From assembly GCA_047639625.1 (NCBI GenBank), contig JBLIOG010000001.1, forward strand, positions 169 to 64,168: DNA of 64,000 nt, in the 5' to 3' direction. This stretch comes from Gammaproteobacteria bacterium. Lineage in GTDB: Bacteria; Pseudomonadota; Gammaproteobacteria; GCA-001735895. Positions 38,304 through 49,267 of this stretch are shown here, piece by piece. Below the pieces are notes generated by a model. It was given only the letters and a program-made list of their open reading frames with translations, was not told the DNA's origin and made no database searches. The first letter of the stretch is position 1; each line of letters starts with the position of its first letter. The position numbers and the translations under genes were made by a program.

Positions 38304-39626
38304 TTGAACGATCAATGTCATACCAGGAATGTCTCGATGATCGGGTTGGCACCAAATTTGCTGGCAATCTGTATTCTTACACAAATTGTAAAGGCTGCGC
38401 GCATGATGAATAGTCAGGCATATCAAATAGAATCGACATTTCCATCAATCTACTTAAACGGTTTAGCCCAGCTCATGACGCGGGTATTCCGCGGCGAAGA
38501 TTTAACCGAATTAGGTTTAGATTTAGTTAACCAGGCCCAAACAGGTGACGCGCAAGCGCTGTTAGATTTATCGATTTTATTGCAGTTGCAAGGTCAGGCG
38601 GAGCTAGCTCTAACGATACAACAACAAGCGCTGCAACTGGAACAACATTATCAGCTGCCTCCAGTGAATGATCGGAAGGCGATCAACTTGCTTGCCATTG
38701 TGGCGCCAGGCAACCTAATGACCAATACACCGCTGGAGTTTATCGCCGAGGGTGCGGGGTTTAACTTGCAGTTGCTATATGTTGATCAGAAACTGCCTTT
38801 ACCACAAAACCTGCCCGAGCATGACATTGCGATCGTCGCGCTCAGCGAGCTCGATGCAAACATGGCCACCCTGGATTACATCAGTAATTGGATAGATCTT
38901 TGGCCACGTCCAGTACTTAACTTGCCAGGCGACATTAGTGTATTGGGTCGGGATCTGATTTCGCAGAAGCTGCAGCATATCGCAGGGCTTGAAATGCCGT
39001 TAACGTTTAGGATAGGCCGTGACAAACTCGAGCACGTGATCTTGACTAAGGGTGATTTGTCTGACTGGATTGATGATGGTGAGCTACCGGTCATTATTCG
39101 GCCTATAGATTCTCATGCAGGCATTGGGCTTGAAAAATTAGACGAAATGATCGAACTCCAAAGTTATTTGACGCGCCATGATGAAGCAGAATTCTTCGTC
39201 TCCCGCTATGTGGATTATCGAAAAAAAGATGGTCAATTTCGTAAATATCGGGTTGCAGTGATCGACGGCCAGGCCCATCTAGCACATTTGGCGGTTTGTG
39301 ATCAGTGGAAAATCTATTTTGGCATCGCTGGTATGGAGGCGAGCTCCGTTAAGCGTGCAGAAGAGGCGCGTGAAATGGCCAGTTTTAAAGACCAGTTCGC
39401 AAAACGCCATGCCTACGCGATCAGAGCTTTGCACGAGGCAGTCGGTCTGGATTATTTTGGCATCGATTGCAGTGAGACCCAGGACGGTAAATTGCTTATT
39501 TTTGAAGTCGGCGCTTCCATGAACATTCATTCCATGGATAGCGCGGAACTATATCCTTATAAACAGCCGCAAATGCAGAGTATATTTAATGACTTTCTAG
39601 CCATGCTGCAGCGAAAGCGGAGTTAA
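38304..39626 (+). CDS. Hypothetical protein with a C-terminal ATP-grasp-like domain
   Basis: 440 aa. Segment PVIIRPIDSHAGIGLEKLDEMIEL...YRVAVIDGQ...LLIFEVGASMN resembles the RimK-like ATP-grasp core. N-terminal half uncharacterised. Confidence 0.45.
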   Translation: MNDQCHTRNVSMIGLAPNLLAICILTQIVKAARMMNSQAYQIESTFPSIYLNGLAQLMTRVFRGEDLTELGLDLVNQAQTGDAQALLDLSILLQLQGQAELALTIQQQALQLEQHYQLPPVNDRKAINLLAIVAPGNLMTNTPLEFIAEGAGFNLQLLYVDQKLPLPQNLPEHDIAIVALSELDANMATLDYISNWIDLWPRPVLNLPGDISVLGRDLISQKLQHIAGLEMPLTFRIGRDKLEHVILTKGDLSDWIDDGELPVIIRPIDSHAGIGLEKLDEMIELQSYLTRHDEAEFFVSRYVDYRKKDGQFRKYRVAVIDGQAHLAHLAVCDQWKIYFGIAGMEASSVKRAEEAREMASFKDQFAKRHAYAIRALHEAVGLDYFGIDCSETQDGKLLIFEVGASMNIHSMDSAELYPYKQPQMQSIFNDFLAMLQRKRS

Positions 39627-39883
39627 CCTTCTTTACACTTTTTCACAGGAAACTAATCTCAGGGGCGGATTCATATAATAAGCAGTCAAGAGTCAGTTCT
39701 AGCTTTTCGACTAACCTCTTACTCAACTAGTTCGACACAATAACTTGAGCGGGTTGATGAGAAATTACTATCATTTGCTGGTTCAAACTACAGATAACAT
39801 AAGAAAAATTATAAGGATGGCAAGGCTACATATTTGGATAAACTAAAAAAATATATATGACCCAGCTATTTATTGTCCCGAAT

Positions 39884-40860
39884 TTAATTCCTGGTAGCTC
39901 GATTCACCAAAATTGAATTTGCCATACCAAAGGGATTCATCATGCTATCTGCAATTAATTTAGAAAATTTTGAACCTAAAACGGGTAAAAGAACTAATGA
40001 CAGGAGAATTAAGATAAGCTCCTTCCATTCGCTATCAATATAAATAGTTAGTCCTGCCGCTATTAAACCTTTCATTACAAAGCCATGCATAACATATATG
40101 TACAAAGAGTCCATGCCATAAGTTGCTCCAATATTATGCCTCTCTCTTACCATCGATAGAAGTAATTTTCCAGGTAAAAAGGCTAAGCAATCTACTCATT
40201 CTGCTTTTCTGGATTTTTTTATTATTTGTTCGTGATTAAAGTGTCCCATAAGAAAGAATGGAAATAAAACAAAGGTTCTTGAAAAAGACAGTTGGTAATC
40301 ATAATGATTTACACCACATGCAAGACCCGCAATTATTGAAAGTACAACTGGATATTTAAATTGGAATAAAACGACAATAAAATTCGCCATAATATCAGAC
40401 TAAAAAAATTCCAAAGTATCCAGTACGGAAACAGTGAAGATATACTGAGAAAATCTCCAGAAAAAATAACATAGTCGAATCGCGAATAAATTATTTCCAG
40501 GCATATACATGGAATGACTAATTTGAGGATAATACTTCTAATGACAGAGTCATCTAATTTATTAGAAGATAGGATGCCTGAAACGTACGCAAACATTAGC
40601 ATGTGAAATAGGTATATAAACATATAGAGCGGCTTAACCCTGCCAAACCTATTCATTAAAGGTTCGATAGCATGACCGACTATTACTATCGCTATAAGAA
40701 AACATTTAAAATTATCTACCGCTATATCTCGTATAGAAATTCTTCCTTGTTAACGTATTCGATAGATAAAAAATGATGAACTTGCGGACGTTTCCAAGAT
40801 GACTGAACTTTTGTACGCCCAACATAATCATGCACTGATAATGTATAAATCTCCTGTAGC
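39884..40860 (-). pseudogene. Fragments of an acyltransferase family 3-like membrane protein gene in a low-GC island
   Basis: Consecutive short minus-strand ORFs encode hydrophobic segments (SLYIYVMHGFV..., FIVVLFQFKYPVVLSIIAGL...) split by frameshifts. Markedly AT-rich. Confidence 0.4.
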
Positions 40861-41487
40861 AGTATTACTGTCTGGAGCCATGAAATGATTAGACGTTAAA
40901 TGCTAATGAATAAAAAGAGGCTACGTGTGGAGTATGTTCAAAAAACAAAATTTATTGCACCTCCAATACCTGAATACAAGGGAGGATGTCGGATCCCGAG
41001 GGGTTTTCGAAGCATCAGTATCGGCGACTAAATATCGAGGTATTAATCCACTCCGCTCAAAACTCACTGGATTTTTATTACTGTATTTGCCCGACCAATA
41101 CTCCCGACCTTGTCATCCCATGATAATCACGGTTGAATATACTGAACAATCGAGCGCCTATTGGAATAAAACCATAGTTAATCGACGTCACCGACTAAAA
41201 GACTAAATCCCGAATATCGCTGAGATTGCTCTTCAAGAAATTTTAAGCAGGCTTCCGGTTCAATCGTCGATGTCAAAATCTGGCGCAGAGAATCTCCCTG
41301 TTTATTAACACCAGGCCAGGTTCCAGCCGATTACAAATCACGGCCGGCACGCACATCGGGCGGGTCCTCCCACCATCCGGCATTTTGAGTCAGCGCGCGT
41401 AAAACTCATCACCATTGGCAATGAGTAACAACAGATAATCCGGATGTTGTTTATAGGCGAAAAGAATTCGGCACATTCAAAAGAAAG

Positions 41488-42768
41488 CTAACGACTTATC
41501 GCATCCTGATCAATTGCAGGTAATGGCTTATCTTCAATTGCTGCCTCAAAAGAAGACAACCGTTTATAAACAGATATGAGTTCAATAATCGTTGGCCAGG
41601 AGTTGATCAAAAATTGAAAAGAACTGCTTACCTGTCCAAATGCTGCAGAAATTTGCTGATAAACTCCGAAAGTTAATGCCCCAACAGCTAGCGTTGGTAC
41701 CAATAGAATTAATACGAAAATATTATCCGCCTGTAGATACATATATCGGGCTACATTAAAATACATGTAATGAAAATATAGTTTGAAATAGTTTTTACGG
41801 ACGTTTTCGAACAGATCTTTTAATTTTGCTGGTTGGGCTCTTGTTTCATCGTCTTCGCCGTATACCAATTCCTTTCTATAGGCGGCTTCGACTAACTGAT
41901 TATTGAATTCCAGCCCAGGTAATTTAATACCTACGGTAGCCAGTAAAATTGTTCCAAATAGAGACCAGGCAATAACCGCAAAAAATAGTGGATATGCAAT
42001 TTCTCCGACTATCGGGAGTTCTTTTACGTAATCTGATAGTACCAACAATACTGGAAGGAAGGCAAAAAGCGTCATGATTGAATCGATAATAGAGACTCCT
42101 AAATTCTCCATAATCTTGGCAAAGATCATAGTGTCTTCCTGCACACGCTGCGATGCACCTTCAATTTTCCTAAGCCTTTGCCATCGCTCGGTATAGTACT
42201 TATTCATGGCAGTGCGCCAGCGAAAAATATAATGACTAACAAAAAATCGAGTAAGTACAATCACAAAAATTGCAATCATTGCTAGCTCAAGAAATACTAA
42301 AGACAAATCAAGAATATCCGCTCCGATTTTGGCAACGTCTTCTGGAGCACGCACTTCTGCGACAACTTCACTACCACCATCCCCTACTTTTTTAAATGCC
42401 GCCTGGACTTTATTAAAAAATGGACCTCGCCAGTTATTGATAGCTACCGATACCTGTACCGAATAGTAGGTCGTAAATATGATGAATGCCGATCCGGTTA
42501 TTGACCACCATCGCCACGGGTGGTGTGATAATTTAAACCAGAATATTGAAAATAATGCGGTACAGAAAAAGTAGTAGCCATAGAAAAGTAAAAATGAATC
42601 GGTAAAAAAATGTCCTGATCCGATAACGGGTTCAGATTCGGCCAGTTCCAGACCAAGCCAGCCTCCAATGACCTCACTATACCCAAACCAGATAAAGCAG
42701 CTAAGACCCGCATAGACAATAAGCGATAAAAAGAAAACCTTTGGATTGGGAAAAAACGACTTGAACAT
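41488..42768 (-). CDS. sbmA: SbmA/BacA-family peptide (microcin/antimicrobial peptide) importer
   Basis: N-terminus MFKSFFPNPKVFFLSLIVYAGL mirrors E. coli SbmA MFKSFFPKPGTFFLSAF. Conserved HYVFRWRTAMN, EGASQRVQEDTM, GIKLPGLEFNNQ and YRKELVYGEDD blocks. 426 aa. Confidence 0.85.
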   Translation of the reverse strand: MFKSFFPNPKVFFLSLIVYAGLSCFIWFGYSEVIGGWLGLELAESEPVIGSGHFFTDSFLLFYGYYFFCTALFSIFWFKLSHHPWRWWSITGSAFIIFTTYYSVQVSVAINNWRGPFFNKVQAAFKKVGDGGSEVVAEVRAPEDVAKIGADILDLSLVFLELAMIAIFVIVLTRFFVSHYIFRWRTAMNKYYTERWQRLRKIEGASQRVQEDTMIFAKIMENLGVSIIDSIMTLFAFLPVLLVLSDYVKELPIVGEIAYPLFFAVIAWSLFGTILLATVGIKLPGLEFNNQLVEAAYRKELVYGEDDETRAQPAKLKDLFENVRKNYFKLYFHYMYFNVARYMYLQADNIFVLILLVPTLAVGALTFGVYQQISAAFGQVSSSFQFLINSWPTIIELISVYKRLSSFEAAIEDKPLPAIDQDAISR

Positions 42769-43462
42769 TGCTGATTTTATTCCTGTTTATCTGGATTCGT
42801 ACGGTAACTGTGATTGATAGACGTATTAGCCACCAATAGATTCACTTTTGGGCTGAATTAGTATTGTCACAGAAAGGTTCGACGAGTTCCACCATGAGTT
42901 TCAGGTGACTTTCCCGAATATTCAAGGCGTGAAAATGGGAAATTTTTCTCCACTCACTTCAACCAACACTTCACAATATTCCATTTCAATTTCATCGAGT
43001 GTTTCCAGACAGTCTGTTGAAAAACCCGGGTAGATGGCATTGCTGCTTTTGATTCCTCGTTAATCAAGATTTGGCCAGACCTGTGCACCAAAGTGCGATT
43101 CAAACCCCATTGCCCAGTCGTCTTGCCTGGCCTGGTTTCTCAGCGAGCACAGTCCAGGGTCAGGCTAGATTTTGACCATCCTCTTGCTAAGCTTTATGAC
43201 AATGGTTTCTCTCTTCGACAGAATGCCTGGTGGCTGTAACCCCTGTTTGAGTACAGGCAGCTTTTCAAACAGGTAAGGTTTCATTGAGTTCGGTCTTTAT
43301 TCGGGGTGCCATCAGGCTCTAGCGTTCCCGTATTATTACTATCGCTAGAATTTGTTCACTGACGCTACTCAATATTCTTTTGCCATTTACAATATTAGGA
43401 TATACTAATATTATCGACCCAATTATCTTATCGTCACTGACCAGACGATTTCATATCTTAAT

Positions 43463-43882
43463 TTGTACGAGGCAATACCAATGTTTGATCCAGTTAATAT
43501 TCCTTATGGCGCAAAAATGCTTTTCAATGTAGTTAAGCTAAAAGCTGGCGTCTCTTTCGATGATATTGAATTGTCGATTGGCGAACTGTGCAATACCGTC
43601 AAAAATACTTACGGTAATGAGCAAGGTGGGTTTATAGCAGGCCAGGTGTTTAAATATTCGGGATTTATATCAGAACAAGGGTCCATCAGTGCCACCAATG
43701 CATCGGGTGAGCAACAACAAGATCATGTAGCCATAGTTACTTACTGGAATTCATTTGAACAGCATGAAACCTCTCATGCCGACGAGACTTTCAATCTGAA
43801 ATTCAAAGCACTCGCAGACCTTTGCGATGATACCTATGAAATAGGTTATGACATGTTATGGCAAGGCATGGCTGAAGATTAA
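43463..43882 (+). CDS. Hypothetical protein (possible ABM/Dabb-like fold)
   Basis: 139 aa. The HVAIVTYWNSFEQHETSHADETF segment is reminiscent of antibiotic-biosynthesis-monooxygenase-like domains. Weak. Confidence 0.35.
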   Translation: MYEAIPMFDPVNIPYGAKMLFNVVKLKAGVSFDDIELSIGELCNTVKNTYGNEQGGFIAGQVFKYSGFISEQGSISATNASGEQQQDHVAIVTYWNSFEQHETSHADETFNLKFKALADLCDDTYEIGYDMLWQGMAED

Positions 43883-44366
43883 ACATAGAGCAGTTCAGTC
43901 CCAGTCCTGGCTTTTAGCCTAACCGATTACTCAGCTAACTCGATGCTCGATAACATATAACCTCACGAGGTAACCGTCCCGAGGATATCTATGATGACGA
44001 CATAAATCGAAATCTGTTTTTGGATATTTCCTCACGGGTTATCGAGTCGCATAACTGGATATGCTAGGCTTACTGTTTGATCAGCAATCACTATGAATGA
44101 CTGGTTCAATCCCTTGATAGCAATTTGAGTAAAGATCTGCGGCCATTATATAGATACATTTCTTTTGTCGACACAAGTCTAAAGAATTGCTCTATCGGGT
44201 CGCTGGCGAGCAACCAAATATATCTGGGGGGATAAACAATTTTTTGGTAAATTACTGCGGCTCATAGGTTTAGGCTAAATGAGCTAGCAGAGTACAACCG
44301 TGTAATAACAGCTTAGGAATGTAAAAACCTAACATTTAATGTCTGAAATTAAAAGAATAAGAACTA

Positions 44367-45788
44367 ATGCAACAGCACCTTGAAGCAATAAAAGATTCTA
44401 AATATTGTTCACTTTGGCATGATCAAGATAAATGCCCAGAGCCATTACCAGCATTATTGAATAACGATAAATGTGAGCTATTGATAGTAGGCGGAGGTTT
44501 CACGGGACTCTGGGCCGCTTTACAGGCAAAAGAACGTAAACCCGATGTCGACATCATTCTTATTGAACAAAACACAATAGCGTTCGGTGCTTCTGGTCGT
44601 AGCGGTGGATTTTTAGACTCTAGTCTAGCTCATGGCGAATCTAATACTGATCACCACTTTCCCGGTGAAGCGAAAAAGCTCCATGAACTGGGGCAAATCA
44701 ATATGAAAGAATTTATAGACACGCTTGAACGCTATAACATTGATGCTCGCTACGAAAAAGTAGGCTCTCTAGAGGTTGCCACAAACGCGGGGACTGTCAC
44801 AGAGTTAAGGAAAATCTACGAAAAATATAAAGCTGAAGGTGACGACGTTGTATGGTTTGATGAAGAAGCAGTTCAAGCGCAAGTAAACTCTCCTACTTAC
44901 AAAGCTGGTATCTGGTTTCGTGGTGGTCTTGATGGCGTTATTGATCCAGCACGTCTATGTTGGGGACTTAAGGAAGTTATTCTTTCACTCGGAGTAAGGA
45001 TCTTCGAAGGTACCAAACTCAATAAAGTTGAGCCTCTTGGAAAGTCTGCCATGCAGACAACCTGCGCTGGGGATGGCACTAAAAGCATAATCATAAGCGA
45101 CAAAATTCTGATGGCCACCAATGCATTTACTAGTGTCATGAGAAGCATTCGTAAAACAGTAATACCGGTTTGGGATTATCAATTAGCGACAGAACCTCTC
45201 ACGGCCGAGCAGATAAAGTCGATGAACTGGTTTAAATCAAGACATGCTATTGGTAATCACGCCAATATGTTTCATTACTACCGTCTGACAAAAGACAATC
45301 GGATTACCTGGGGAGGCGGTGGAGCAGTACGTTATTACTTCAATAGCGATATCAGTGAACGTCGAGCTGACATACCTGCGCGTTTTGAAAGATTATCAAA
45401 AGAATTCTTTGAAACTTTCCCGCAACTTAAAGGCATAAAATTTAGCCATCGATGGAGTGGCATAATAGCAACCTCTACGCGTTTTTGTATGGTTCCAGGA
45501 GTTACCTACAATGGCAGAGTAGCCTGGTCAGTCGGTTACACAGGGCTTGGCGTTGGAGCGTCTCGGTTCGGTGCCAGGATTGGTATCGAATTACTGGGTT
45601 ATGGTCCTAGTGACATTCTCGATATGCAGTTTATTAAAAAAAGACCGCTCTCATGGGTGCCAGAGCCTCTGCGATGGCCAGGTGTAAGGCTCACTCAAAT
45701 CGCATTAGAAAAAGCTGATGCCAATAATGGTAAAAGAGGGCTTTGGTTAAAATTATTGGATTTCTTTAACTTAGGATTTACTTGCTAA
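44367..45788 (+). CDS. FAD-dependent oxidoreductase (DAO family; gamma-glutamylputrescine oxidase-like)
   Basis: LLIVGGGFTGLWAA dinucleotide motif. 473 aa. Confidence 0.8.
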   Translation: MQQHLEAIKDSKYCSLWHDQDKCPEPLPALLNNDKCELLIVGGGFTGLWAALQAKERKPDVDIILIEQNTIAFGASGRSGGFLDSSLAHGESNTDHHFPGEAKKLHELGQINMKEFIDTLERYNIDARYEKVGSLEVATNAGTVTELRKIYEKYKAEGDDVVWFDEEAVQAQVNSPTYKAGIWFRGGLDGVIDPARLCWGLKEVILSLGVRIFEGTKLNKVEPLGKSAMQTTCAGDGTKSIIISDKILMATNAFTSVMRSIRKTVIPVWDYQLATEPLTAEQIKSMNWFKSRHAIGNHANMFHYYRLTKDNRITWGGGGAVRYYFNSDISERRADIPARFERLSKEFFETFPQLKGIKFSHRWSGIIATSTRFCMVPGVTYNGRVAWSVGYTGLGVGASRFGARIGIELLGYGPSDILDMQFIKKRPLSWVPEPLRWPGVRLTQIALEKADANNGKRGLWLKLLDFFNLGFTC

Positions 45789-45992
45789 AGCATCATCACC
45801 ATTGAGATAATTTACTTCACCCAATTACTTTTATCATTTTATTTAATCGTTGCTTTAGACCATTGTATGCCATGCAGATAATTAATCTGTACCGGCAGCC
45901 GGCAGACTTTCGCAAAAACTCTCAATGAGGAGTTTTGAGTATCTGTTTAGTTAATCCGGTTATATTTAAAATTTCAATTCCAGGCTTTAGGT

Positions 45993-46856
45993 ACTACGTC
46001 TTTTCAGCCCACTATTTCTGAGCAGGAAAATTTCATCGAGAATGGCTTTGTTATCCTTGATCGGCTGATAGATCCCGGACAGCTACCAGCTTTGCACAAA
46101 GCATTCGATGATTTATTTATTGGTGTATTTGAAACAGGTGTTCAACCTGGCCAGGTGAGCTGGCAACAGGGCCAGAGTGATCCAGGTCTTTTGCGGCAGA
46201 TTTGTAACGGTTGGAAAGTAAGCCGTGACCTCGTTCGTGTTGTGCTCGACGATTCGATAGGAAAAACCATTGCCGAATTTTCTGGTTGGTCAGGGGTGTG
46301 CATCATGATTGATAATGTGATCTGGAAAGCGCCGGCTACGAAATCACTGGGCTTTCATCAAGATAATTCTTTTCTTTCCTGGTTCGACCCAGGCGAGATC
46401 ATGACCTGTTGGATCGCGCTCGACGATACCAAAAAAGAAGGCGGCACTATAGAGCTTGCCTGTGCCTCTCACCAAAGGCAGCCAGGCCAGCCCGAAGGTC
46501 AGTTTCAGGCACCCGAGGATTATCGAAAACCAATGTGCGATGCAGCTGCCCGGGCAGGCATTGAGCCCGAAATCTGTTATGTTGAAGTTGAAGTCGAAGG
46601 CGGCTCATTCCATCATGGCCGCACGTGACATGGCTCTGGTGCAAACCAAAGTACTAATCCAGGGCGCTCGTTGGTGTTACACGCTATACCGAGTGACGTT
46701 AAATATGTGACTGATAACTTCGGTCAGGGTATAGGTCCAATTTACAGTCGCTATAAACGCCTGGGGGACAATATTCTGGACGAAAAATTTTTCCCGATAT
46801 TGTGGCAAGAGGATGGTTATAAGACACCACAAATTAATGACTATCTGAGCGCTTAG
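45993..46856 (+). pseudogene. Disrupted phytanoyl-CoA dioxygenase (PhyH) family gene
   Basis: The conserved N-terminus (T)SFQPTISEQENFIENGFVIL is in frame upstream of the first ATG. ACG at 45996 sits where ATG is expected. Two frameshifts follow (near 46628 and ~46665): ...FHHGRT* / WHGSGANQ... / VLHAIPSDVKYVTD.... Confidence 0.6.
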
Positions 46857-47155
46857 ATTTAATTGGTGTCTTTTAAACCCGTCGGAACCGGGAATCGCAG
46901 GGGCGCACGGCAATGCGGCCTGAATCTGAAGAATTGAAAGTCGCCCAGGACGCAGCGCTTTCCCGTGTTTTCGAAAGTGGAGCGCATCTTCGGATATGGG
47001 GCAGTGGCTACCTCAAATAATCTATCCTTCTTATGAGGCGAATAAGAGTCGGGAAATAAGGTGTTATCCCAAGATTGCGCTGAATGTTGGCAACATGCAG
47101 CTTCGAAGCCTGGTATCTATCGGTAATAGCCTCTGTTTGCTGTTAATAGGGTTAT

Positions 47156-48172
47156 TTAAAAATCTAAAGCAGTCTTGAGTGGAACTGGCATCTCCAACTG
47201 CATTAGCACCTCTCGTAGTCGATCCGGGTAGTCGGTGATTATGCCATCGACACCCATTTCAATCAGTTCACGCATGCGCTTGGGTTCATTCACTGTCCAT
47301 ACGTTCACCAATAGTTTTAATTGTTGCGCCTCCGCTATGGATTCGCGAGTCACTTCTTTATGATAAGAAGACCAAATGTCGCCACCGGCTGACTTGATTG
47401 CTCTGGGGATATTGCCACTAAAATCATCGATATCGAGCCCCCCTAGCCAGGGCGATTTACCGAGTTGATCGGTTTGCAAATTGTTTAGCCAGGGTTGTGC
47501 CGCAGTTAAGTAAGCCGTTTTGATCGAAGGGTCTTGTTGCTGAACCGCTTGCAGCGCACGCCAATCGAAAGACTGTATGCTTACGCGCCGTCCCATGCGG
47601 TAAGCATAAACCACCTTGAGTACTGCTTTTACGAATGGTTCGGGTGAGGCCGATAATTCGGGTTTTTCAGGATTAATTTTTATCTCAATATTAAAACCAA
47701 TTTCACGATTACCAGATCGATTCACGAGTTCGAAAACCTCTTCCAGGGTAGGCACCCGTGTTCCATCTATCGATTGCTGGTTGGCAAACTGCTGTGCATA
47801 CCGAGTGCCTGGGTTAAGGCGCCCGACATCAAAAGTCTGCACTTCAGCCAAAGGCATGGAGAGGATGCTGGCACTACTTTTTGTAAGCCAGTTGCCGTTT
47901 GCATCTCGAGCAATTTCCGGCTCAAAGCGTGGGTTATGCATGACCACAACCCGTGAGTCCTGAGTGACTGCCAGGTCCAACTCGAGAGTACTAACACCGA
48001 TGGATAATGCTTTTGCAAAGCCGACTAGACTGTTCTCAGGCGATAACCCTCTGGCACCACGATGACCTTGTAAATCGAAACCGTACGCCGTTGATGCCAT
48101 GCCAGCTAACCCCAAAATGAGTAAATAAATAGATAAACGCAGCAGTAAATTGCTCGTTCGAACATTGCACAT
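47156..48172 (-). CDS. glpQ: Periplasmic glycerophosphodiester phosphodiesterase
   Basis: Signal peptide and GDPD motif GHRGARGLSPENSLVGF. Adjacent to ugpC. Confidence 0.85.
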   Translation of the reverse strand: MCNVRTSNLLLRLSIYLLILGLAGMASTAYGFDLQGHRGARGLSPENSLVGFAKALSIGVSTLELDLAVTQDSRVVVMHNPRFEPEIARDANGNWLTKSSASILSMPLAEVQTFDVGRLNPGTRYAQQFANQQSIDGTRVPTLEEVFELVNRSGNREIGFNIEIKINPEKPELSASPEPFVKAVLKVVYAYRMGRRVSIQSFDWRALQAVQQQDPSIKTAYLTAAQPWLNNLQTDQLGKSPWLGGLDIDDFSGNIPRAIKSAGGDIWSSYHKEVTRESIAEAQQLKLLVNVWTVNEPKRMRELIEMGVDGIITDYPDRLREVLMQLEMPVPLKTALDF

Positions 48173-49257
48173 TATGACAAACGTTTTTCTGTGACAGGAT
48201 CAAACAGATGAACTTTGTCGGCGTCAATCTGCAGTGGCAACTGCTCACCTGGTTCAAAGTTCTGAGTACCGGCTAACCTGATGGTCATGTCGGTTTTGTC
48301 TTGACCGAAGTGGCCGTGTACCAGTGTATCAGCGCCTAAATGTTCGACCAATACAGTGCTTAGCTTGCGCTTGTTGTCGGAATGATTGGACAGTATCAAA
48401 TCTTCAGGGCGGATACCTAGAGTGACATCTTTATTCGCATACTGAGTATAGAGGCCGGGTAATAGCGGGAATTCGGTTCCGCTATTTAGGGTGGCCACTT
48501 TGCCATCAGCAGAAATCTTTGCGCTCGTGAAGCTCATTGACGGCGAACCGATAAAGCCCGCTACAAACAACGATGCGGGGTTTTGATAAAGCTCAATCGG
48601 TGCGCCAATTTGCTCGACGCGGCCTTGATTCAAAACCACTAGGCGATGCCCGAGTGTCATTGCCTCGACCTGATCGTGCGTGACATAGATGCTGGTGGTG
48701 CCGAGTTGTTGCTGTAGTAGTTTGAGCTCTATTCGCATTTGAACTCGTAACTTCGCGTCCAGGTTTGACAGGGGCTCATCAAATAGAAATACACTGGGGT
48801 CACGAACTATGGCTCTACCCATTGCTACACGTTGTCGTTGGCCGCCGCTGAGATCACGTGGTCTACGCGATAACTGATCTTCGGTTAATTCCAGAATTTC
48901 GGCAGCTTTGGCGACGCGTTGTTGTATTTCCGCTTTAGCCAAACGCCTTATCTTTAGAGCGTAAGCCATATTATCGAAAACCGTCATATGGGGATAAAGC
49001 GCGTAGTTCTGGAAAACCATGGCGATATCCCGGTCGGCGGGTTCGAGTTTGTTTACGTTTTGATCGCCGATATGAATGTTGCCGGAGGTAACCGATTCAA
49101 GACCAGCGACCATACGCATTAAGGTCGACTTTCCACAACCGGACGGCCCTACCAGCACGATGAGTTCGCCATCTGCTATTTCAATATCAACGCCAAAAAT
49201 TGCCTGATATCCATTTGGATAGATTTTTTCAATATTATCGAGACGAACATTCGCCAT
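48172..49257 (-). CDS. ugpC: sn-Glycerol-3-phosphate ABC transporter ATP-binding protein
   Basis: Walker A GPSGCGKST and LSGGQRQRVAMGRA. Carries the MalK-type C-terminal regulatory domain. Confidence 0.85.
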   Translation of the reverse strand: MANVRLDNIEKIYPNGYQAIFGVDIEIADGELIVLVGPSGCGKSTLMRMVAGLESVTSGNIHIGDQNVNKLEPADRDIAMVFQNYALYPHMTVFDNMAYALKIRRLAKAEIQQRVAKAAEILELTEDQLSRRPRDLSGGQRQRVAMGRAIVRDPSVFLFDEPLSNLDAKLRVQMRIELKLLQQQLGTTSIYVTHDQVEAMTLGHRLVVLNQGRVEQIGAPIELYQNPASLFVAGFIGSPSMSFTSAKISADGKVATLNSGTEFPLLPGLYTQYANKDVTLGIRPEDLILSNHSDNKRKLSTVLVEHLGADTLVHGHFGQDKTDMTIRLAGTQNFEPGEQLPLQIDADKVHLFDPVTEKRLS

Positions 49258-49267
49258 ATTATTGACC

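Noticed and set aside
40925-41480. 93-aa ORF and the downstream minus-strand fragments (LFAYKQHPDYLLLLIANGDEFYAR...)
   Set aside because: No recognisable family. Probably more debris in the low-GC island, mentioned only under the island finding.
47040-47135. Possible fourth, partial copy of repeat family 1 (GCGCTGAATGTTGGCAAC ... CTCTGTTTGCTGTTAAT)
   Set aside because: Only the arm-like ends show similarity and their relative order is inverted compared with copies A and C. Too short to call.
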